From positions 3,162,001-3,226,000 of the forward strand of contig OZ059894.1 of the NCBI GenBank assembly GCA_964057225.1: a stretch of DNA of 64,000 nt, given 5' to 3'. The stretch's first letter is position 1. The number at the start of each line of letters is the position of its first letter. The position numbers and the translations under genes are program-made. The stretch comes from Auanema rhodensis. Lineage: Eukaryota; Animalia; Nematoda. The notes beneath the pieces are model-generated. The model did not search any database and was not told the origin of the DNA. It saw only the letters and a program-made list of their open reading frames with translations. Shown here one piece after another: positions 55,201 to 64,000 of this stretch.

Positions 55201-58200
55201 CAACATACACTAATGCATCATTTTTCAAACGATCATAACTAATTTTTGTATTAAGCGTTTTTCAATGTAGTATAGTGCATTCGATGCGGATTTTTAAGCT
55301 GCGTCGATCTGTGTTATCCGATTTGCGCTAGCTGAAAAATGCACCGAGATATCAACTGATATAAGTTCACACTTATATCCTCGATTTTCACCCTGAAGAA
55401 TTAATTTTTTCGTTGAATAACATTGTCCATCGTCTTTGCCTTGAAAAAAGGAATCTAAAAACATCTACTTTTTGCTAAATTATTTTGAAATTTTTCGAAA
55501 AAATTTTTGTCAAAATGTTTTTGGAAGCAATGTTGAGTGTACATGGAAACTCAACATACACTAATGCATCATTTTTCAAACGATCATAACTAATTTTTGT
55601 ATTAAGCGTTTTTCAATGTAGTATAGTGCATTCGATGCGGATTTTTAAGCTGCGTCGATCTGTGTTATCCGATTTGCGCTAGCTGAAAAATGCACCGAGA
55701 TATCAACTGATATAAGTTCACACTTATATCCTCGATTTTCACCCTGAAGAATTAATTTTTTCGTTGAATAACATTGTCCATCGTCTTTGCCTTGAAAAAA
55801 GGAATCTAAAAACATCTACTTTTTGCTAAATTATTTTGAAATTTTTCGAAAAATTTTTGTCAAAATGTTTTTGGAAGCAATGTTGAGTGTACATGGAAAC
55901 TCAACATACACTAATGCATCATTTTTCAAACGACCATAACTAATTTTTGTATTAAGCGTTTTTCAATGTAGTATAGTGCATTCGATGCGGATTTTTAAGC
56001 TGCGTCGATCTGTGTTATCAGATTTGCGCTAGCTTAAAAATGCACCGAGATATCAACTGATATAAGTTCACACTTATATCCTCGATTTTCACCCTGAAGA
56101 ATTAATTTTTTCGTTGAATAACATTGTCCATCGTCTTTGCCTTGAAAAAAGGAATCTAAAAACATCTACTTTTTGCTAAATTATTTTGAAATTTTTCGAA
56201 AAAATTTTTGTCAAAATGTTTTTGGAAGCAATGTTGAGTGTACATAGAAACTCAACATACACTAATGCATCATTTTTCAAACGATCATAACTAATTTTTG
56301 TATTAAGCGTTTTTCAATGTAGTATAGTGCATTCGATGCGGATTTTTAAGCTGCGTCGATCTGTGTTATCCGATTTGCGCTAGCTGAAAAATGCACCGAG
56401 ATATCAACTGATATAAGTTCACACTTATATCCTCGATTTTCACCCTGAAGAATTAATTTTTTCGTTGAATAACATTGTCCATCGTCTTTGCCTTGAAAAA
56501 AGGAATCTAAAAACATCTACTTTTTGCTAAATTATTTTGAAATTTTTCGAAAAAATTTTTGTCAAAATGTTTTTGGAAGCAATGTTGAGTGTACATGGAA
56601 ACTCAACATACACTAATGCATCATTTTTCAAACGATCATAACTAATTTTTGTATTAAGCGTTTTTCAATGTAGTATAGTGCATTCGATGCGGATTTTCAA
56701 GCTGCGTCGATCTGTGTTATCAGATTTACGCTAGCTTAAAAATGCACCGAGATATCAACTGATATAAGTTCACACTTATATCCTCGATTTTCACCCTGAA
56801 GAATTAATTTTTTCGTTGAATAACATTGTCCATCGTCTTTGCCTTGAAAAAAGGAATCTAAAAACATCTACTTTTTGCTAAATTATTTTGAAATTTTTTG
56901 AAAAAATTTTTGTCAAAATGTTTTTGGAAGCAATGTTGAGTGTACATGGAAACTCAACATACACTAATGCATCATTTTTCAAACGATCATAACTAATTTT
57001 TGTATTAAGCGTTTTTCAATGTAGTATAGTGCATTCGATGCGGATTTTCAAGCTGCGTCGATCTGTGTTATCAGATTTGCGCTAGCTTAAAAATGCACCG
57101 AGATATCAACTGATATAAGTTCACACTTATATCCTCGATTTTCACCCTGAAGAATTAATTTTTTCGTTGAATAACATTGTCCATCGTCTTTGCCTTGAAA
57201 AAAGGAATCTAAAAACATCTACTTTTTGCTAAATTATTTTGAAATTTTTCGAAAAAATTTTTGTCAAAATGTTTTTGGAAGCAATGTTGAGTGTACATGG
57301 AAACTCAACATACACTAATGCATCATTTTTCAAACGATCATAACTAATTTTTGTATTAAGCGTTTTTCAATGTAGTATAGTGCATTCGATGCGGATTTTT
57401 AAGCTGCGTCGATCTGTGTTATCCGATTTGCGCTAGCTGAAAAATGCACCGAGATATCAACTGATATAAGTTCACACTTATATCCTCGATTTTCACCCTG
57501 AAGAATTAATTTTTTCGTTGAATAACATTGTCCATCGTCTTTGCCTTGAAAAAAGGAATCTAAAAACATCTACTTTTTGCTAAATTATTTTGAAATTTTT
57601 CGAAAAATTTTTGTCAAAATGTTTTTGGAAGCAATGTTGAGTGTACATGGAAACTCAACATACACTAATGCATCATTTTACAAACGATCATAACTAATTT
57701 TTGTATTAAGCGTTTTTCAATGTAGTATAGTGCATTCGATGCGGATTTTTAAGCTGCGTCGATCTGTGTTATCCGATTTGCGCTAGCTGAAAAATGCACC
57801 GAGATATCAACTGATATAAGTTCACACTTATATCCTCGATTTTCACCCTGAAGAATTAATTTTTTCGTTGAATAACATTGTCCATCGTCTTTGCCTTGAA
57901 AAAAGGAATCTAAAAACATCTACTTTTTGCTAAATTATTTTGAAATTTTTCGAAAAAATTTTTGTCAAAATGTTTTTGGAAGCAATGTTGAGTGTACATG
58001 GAAACTCAACATACACTAATGCATCATTTTTCAAACGATCATAACTAATTTTTGTATTAAGCGTTTTTCAATGTTGTATAGTGCATTCGATGCGGATTTT
58101 CAAGCTGCGTCGATCTGTGTTATCAGATTTGCGCTAGCTTAAAAATGCACCGAGATATCAACTGATATAAGTTCACACTTATATCCTAGATTTTCACCCC

Positions 58201-58366
58201 GAAGAATTAATTTTTTCGTTGAATAACATTGTCCATCGTCTTTGCCTTGAAAAAAGGAATCTAAAAACATCTACTTTTTGCTAAATTATTTTGAAATTTT
58301 TCGAAAAAATTTTTGTCAAAATGTTTTTGGAAGCAATGTTGAGTGTACATGGAAACTCAACATACA

Positions 58367-61300
58367 CTAATGCATCATTTTTCAAACGATCATAACTAAT
58401 TTTTGTATTAAGCGTTTTTCAATGTAGTATAGTGCATTCGATGCGGATTTTTAAGCTGCGTCGATCTGTGTTATCAGATTTGCGCTAGCTTAAAAATGCA
58501 CCGAGATATCAACTGATATAAGTTCACACTTATATCCTCGATTTTCACCCTGAAGAATTAATTTTTTCGTTGAATAACATTGTCCATCGTCTTTGCCTTG
58601 AAAAAAGGAATCTAAAAACATCTACTTTTTGCTAAATTATTTTGAAATTTTTCGAAAAAATTTTTGTCAAAATGTTTTTGGAAGCAATGTTGAGTGTACA
58701 TGGAAACTCAACATACACTAATGCATCATTTTTCAAACGATCATAACTAATTTTTGTATTAAGCGTTTTTCAATGTAGTATAGTGCATTCGATGCGGATT
58801 TTTAAGCTGCGTCGATCTGTGTTATCCGATTTGCGCTAGCTGAAAAATGCACCGAGATATCAACTGATATAAGTTCACACTTATATCCTCGATTTTCACC
58901 CTGAAGAATTAATTTTTTCGTTGAATAACATTGTCCATCGTTTTTGCCTTGAAAAAAGGAATCTAAAAACATCTACTTTTTGCTAAATTATTTTGAAATT
59001 TTTCGAAAAATTTTTGTCAAAATGTTTTTGGAAGCAATGTTGAGTGTACATGGAAACTCAACATACACTAATGCATCATTTTTCAAACGATCATAACTAA
59101 TTTTTGTATTAAGCGTTTTTCAATGTAGTATAGTGCATTCGATGCGGATTTTTAAGCTGCGTCGATCTGTGTTATCCGATTTGCGCTAGCTGAAAAATGC
59201 ACCGAGATATCAACTGATATAAGTTCACACTTATATCCTCGATTTTCACCCTGAAGAATTAATTTTTTCGTTGAATAACATTGTCCATCGTCTTTGCCTT
59301 GAAAAAAGGAATCTAAAAACATCTACTTTTTGCTAAATTATTTTGAAATTTTTCGAAAAAATTTTTGTCAAAATGTTTTTGGAAGCAATGTTGAGTGTAC
59401 ATGGAAACTCAACATACACTAATGCATCATTTTTCAAACGATCATAACTAATTTTTGTATTAAGCGTTTTTCAATGTAGTATAGTGCATTCGATGCGGAT
59501 TTTCAAGCTGCGTCGATCTGTGTTATCAGATTTGCGCTAGCTTAAAAATGCACCGAGATATCAACTGATATAAGTTCACACTTATATCCTAGATTTTCAC
59601 CCCGAAGAATTAATTTTTTCGTTGAATAACATTGTCCATCGTCTTTGCCTTGAAAAAAGGAATCTAAAAACATCTACTTTTTGCTAAATTATTTTGAAAT
59701 TTTTCGAAAAAATTTTTGTCAAAATGTTTTTGGAAGCAATGTTGAGTGTACATGGAAACTCAACATACACTAATGCATCATTTTTCAAACGATCATAACT
59801 AATTTTTGTATTAAGCGTTTTTCAATGTAGTATAGTGCATTCGATGCGGATTTTCAAGCTGCGTCGATCTGTGTTATCAGATTTGCGCTAGCTTAAAAAT
59901 GCACCGAGATATCAACTGATATAAGTTCACACTTATATCCTAGATTTTCACCCCGAAGAATTAATTTTTTCGTTGAATAACATTGTCCATCGTCTTTGCC
60001 TTGAAAAAAGGAATCTAAAAACATCTACTTTTTGCTAAATTATTTTGAAATTTTTCGAAAAAATTTTTGTCAAAATGTTTTTGGAAGCAATGTTGAGTGT
60101 ACATGGAAACTCAACATACACTAATGCATCATTTTTCAAACGATCATAACTAATTTTTGTATTAAGCGTTTTTCAATGTAGTATAGTGCATTCGATGCGG
60201 ATTTTCAAGCTGCGCCGATCTGTGTTATCAGATTTGCGCTAGCTTAAAAATGCACCGAGATATCAACTGATATAAGTTCACACTTATATCCTCGATTTTC
60301 ACCCTGAAGAATTAATTTTTTCGTTGAATAACATTGTCCATCGTCTTTGCCTTGAAAAAAGGAATCTAAAAACATCTACTTTTTGCTAAATTATTTTGAA
60401 ATTTTTCGAAAAAATTTTTGTCAAAATGTTTTTGGAAGCAATGTTGAGTGTACATGGAAAATCAACATACACTAATGCATCATTTTTCAAACGATCATAA
60501 CTAATTTTTGTATTAAGCGTTTTTCAATGTAGTATAGTGCATTCGATGCGGATTTTTAAGCTGCGTCGATCTGTGTTATCCGATTTGCGCTAGCTGAAAA
60601 ATGCACCGAGATATCAACTGATATAAGTTCACACTTATATCCTCGATTTTCACCCTGAAGAATTAATTTTTTCGTTGAATAACATTGTCCATCGTCTTTG
60701 CCTTGAAAAAAGGAATCTAAAAACATCTACTTTTTGCTAAATTATTTTGAAATTTTTCGAAAAAATTTTTGTCAAAATGTTTTTGGAAGCAATGTTGAGT
60801 GTACATGGAAACTCAACATACACTAATGCATCATTTTTCAAACGATCATAACTAATTTTTGTATTAAGCGTTTTTCAATGTAGTATAGTGCATTCGATGC
60901 GGATTTTTAAGCTGCGTCGATCTGTGTTATCAGATTTGCGCTAGCTTAAAAATGCACCGAGATATCAACTGATATAAGTTCACACTTATATCCTCGATTT
61001 TCACCCTGAAGAATTAATTTTTTCGTTGAATAACATTGTCCATCGTCTTTGCCTTGAAAAAAGGAATCTAAAAACATCTACTTTTTGCTAAATTATTTTG
61101 AAATTTTTCGAAAAAATTTTTGTCAAAATGTTTTTGGAAGCAATGTTGAGTGTACATGGAAACTCAACATACACTAATGCATCATTTTTCAAACGATCAT
61201 AACTAATTTTTGTATTAAGCGTTTTTCAATGTAGTATAGTGCATTCGATGCGGATTTTTAAGCTGCGTCGATCTGTGTTATCCGATTTGCGCTAGCTGAA

Positions 61301-63278
61301 AAATGCACCGAGATATCAACTGATATAAGTTCACACTTATATCCTCGATTTTCACCCTGAAGAATTAATTTTTTCGTTGAATAACATTGTCCATCGTTTT
61401 TGCCTTGAAAAAAGGAATCTAAAAACATCTACTTTTTGCTAAATTATTTTGAAATTTTTCGAAAAATTTTTGTCAAAATGTTTTTGGAAGCAATGTTGAG
61501 TGTACATGGAAACTCAACATACACTAATGCATCATTTTTCAAACGATCATAACTAATTTTTGTATTAAGCGTTTTTCAATGTAGTATAGTGCATTCGATG
61601 CGGATTTTTAAGCTGCGTCGATCTGTGTTATCCGATTTGCGCTAGCTGAAAAATGCACCGAGATATCAACTGATATAAGTTCACACTTATATCCTCGATT
61701 TTCACCCTGAAGAATTAATTTTTTCGTTGAATAACATTGTCCATCGTCTTTGCCTTGAAAAAAGGAATCTAAAAACATCTACTTTTTGCTAAATTATTTT
61801 GAAATTTTTCGAAAAAATTTTTGTCAAAATGTTTTTGGAAGCAATGTTGAGTGTACATGGAAACTCAACATACACTAATGCATCATTTTTCAAACGATCA
61901 TAACTAATTTTTGTATTAAGCGTTTTTCAATGTAGTATAGTGCATTCGATGCGGATTTTCAAGCTGCGTCGATCTGTGTTATCAGATTTGCGCTAGCTTA
62001 AAAATGCACCGAGATATCAACTGATATAAGTTCACACTTATATCCTAGATTTTCACCCCGAAGAATTAATTTTTTCGTTGAATAACATTGTCCATCGTCT
62101 TTGCCTTGAAAAAAGGAATCTAAAAACATCTACTTTTTGCTAAATTATTTTGAAATTTTTCGAAAAAATTTTTGTCAAAATGTTTTTGGAAGCAATGTTG
62201 AGTGTACATGGAAACTCAACATACACTAATGCATCATTTTTCAAACGATCATAACTAATTTTTGTATTAAGCGTTTTTCAATGTAGTATAGTGCATTCGA
62301 TGCGGATTTTCAAGCTGCGTCGATCTGTGTTATCAGATTTGCGCTAGCTTAAAAATGCACCGAGATATCAACTGATATAAGTTCACACTTATATCCTAGA
62401 TTTTCACCCCGAAGAATTAATTTTTTCGTTGAATAACATTGTCCATCGTCTTTGCCTTGAAAAAAGGAATCTAAAAACATCTACTTTTTGCTAAATTATT
62501 TTGAAATTTTTCGAAAAAATTTTTGTCAAAATGTTTTTGGAAGCAATGTTGAGTGTACATGGAAACTCAACATACACTAATGCATCATTTTTCAAACGAT
62601 CATAACTAATTTTTGTATTAAGCGTTTTTCAATGTAGTATAGTGCATTCGATGCGGATTTTCAAGCTGCGCCGATCTGTGTTATCAGATTTGCGCTAGCT
62701 TAAAAATGCACCGAGATATCAACTGATATAAGTTCACACTTATATCCTCGATTTTCACCCTGAAGAATTAATTTTTTCGTTGAATAACATTGTCCATCGT
62801 CTTTGCCTTGAAAAAAGGAATCTAAAAACATCTACTTTTTGCTAAATTATTTTGAAATTTTTCGAAAAAATTTTTGTCAAAATGTTTTTGGAAGCAATGT
62901 TGAGTGTACATGGAAAATCAACATACACTAATGCATCATTTTTCAAACGATCATAACTAATTTTTGTATTAAGCGTTTTTCAATGTAGTATAGTGCATTC
63001 GATGCGGATTTTTAAGCTGCGTCGATCTGTGTTATCCGATTTGCGCTAGCTGAAAAATGCACCGAGATATCAACTGATATAAGTTCACACTTATATCCTC
63101 GATTTTCACCCTGAAGAATTAATTTTTTCGTTGAATAACATTGTCCATCGTCTTTGCCTTGAAAAAAGGAATCTAAAAACATCTACTTTTTGCTAAATTA
63201 TTTTGAAATTTTTCGAAAAAATTTTTGTCAAAATGTTTTTGGAAGCAATGTTGAGTGTACATGGAAACTCAACATACA
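58367..63278. repeat. 7-monomer tandem duplication (offset 2,456 bp)
   Basis: CGTTTTTGCC plus A-deletion (58718/61174), paired CCTAGA+CCCCGA monomers (59419,59770 / 61875,62226), and GCGCCGA+GGAAAATC (60121/62577). Confidence 0.9.
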
Positions 63279-64000
63279 CTAATGCATCATTTTTCAAACG
63301 ATCATAACTAATTTTTGTATTAAGCGTTTTTCAATGTAGTATAATGCATTCGATGCGGATTTTTAAGCTGCGTCGATCTGTGTTATCCGATTTGCGCTAG
63401 CTGAAAAATGCACCGAGATATCAACTGATATAAGTTCACACTTATATCCTCGATTTTCACCCTGAAGAATTAATTTTTTCGTTGAATAACATTGTCCATC
63501 GTCTTTGCCTTGAAAAAAGGAATCTAAAAACATCTACTTTTTGCTAAATTATTTTGAAATTTTTCGAAAAAATTTTTGTCAAAATGTTTTTGGAAGCAAT
63601 GTTGAGTGTACATGGAAACTCAACATACACTAATGTATCATTTTTCAAACGATCATAACTAATTTTTGTATTAAGCGTTTTTCAATGTAGTATAGTGCAT
63701 TCGATGCGGATTTTCAAGCTGCGCCGATCTGTGTTATCAGATTTGCGCTAGCTTAAAAATGCACCGAGATATCAACTGATATAAGTTCACACTTATATCC
63801 TCGATTTTCACCCTGAAGAATTAATTTTTTCGTTGAATAACATTGTCCATCGTCTTTGCCTTGAAAAAAGGAATCTAAAAACATCTACTTTTTGCTAAAT
63901 TATTTTGAAATTTTTCGAAAAAATTTTTGTCAAAATGTTTTTGGAAGCAATGTTGAGTGTACATGGAAACTCAACATACACTAATGCATCATTTTTCAAA

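Larger units (their letters stand above)
1..64000. repeat. Tandem satellite DNA array, 351-bp monomer, 183 complete copies plus a partial copy, all in one orientation
   Basis: CTAATGCATCATTTTTCAAA recurs at 1, 352, 703, 1054, 1405, 1756, 2107 ... 63630, 63981 (rare copies carry a single substitution). The length balances: 183x351 - 2x120 - 13x1 = 63,980. No non-monomer sequence is seen, and the array runs off both window ends. Confidence 0.99.

Noticed and set aside
1-64000. Giant repetitive ORF (351 is divisible by 3, i.e. 117 codons)
   Set aside because: All six frames hit stops within the first 55 bp of the monomer: plus-strand TAA at 2-4, 27-29 and 31-33; minus-strand stops opposite CTA 1-3, TCA 9-11 and TCA 53-55. 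Frameshifting 1-bp deletions are also tolerated.
1-64000. CRISPR array (palindromic repeats at a regular interval)
   Set aside because: The sequence between hairpins is as conserved as the hairpins. There are no unique spacers, no leader and no cas genes, and the period is far too long.

Overview
The whole 64 kb window is one uninterrupted head-to-tail tandem array (satellite DNA) of an AT-rich (~31% GC) 351-bp monomer: 183 complete monomers (taking CTAATGCATC at position 1 as an arbitrary start) plus 20 bp of a 184th. Of these, 168 are 351 bp, 13 are 350 bp (single-base deletions) and 2 are 231 bp (an identical 120-bp deletion). Monomers differ at only a few positions. I find no genes, RNA genes, CRISPR spacers, transposon insertions or inversions. 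The notable structure lies at two scales. (1) Each monomer is largely a chain of imperfect inverted repeats (monomer positions ~81-131, 136-174, 246-315, 321-348). (2) Diagnostic variants show a nested duplication history: local 2-, 4-, 5-, 7- and 15-monomer higher-order units, and a large collinear super-repeat (about 1-25,100 vs about 31,800-46,400) marked by the shared 120-bp deletion, with different sub-blocks expanded in each copy. It looks like eukaryotic, probably invertebrate, (peri)centromeric or heterochromatic satellite, but neither the organism nor a named family can be assigned from sequence alone. All counts were made by eye.
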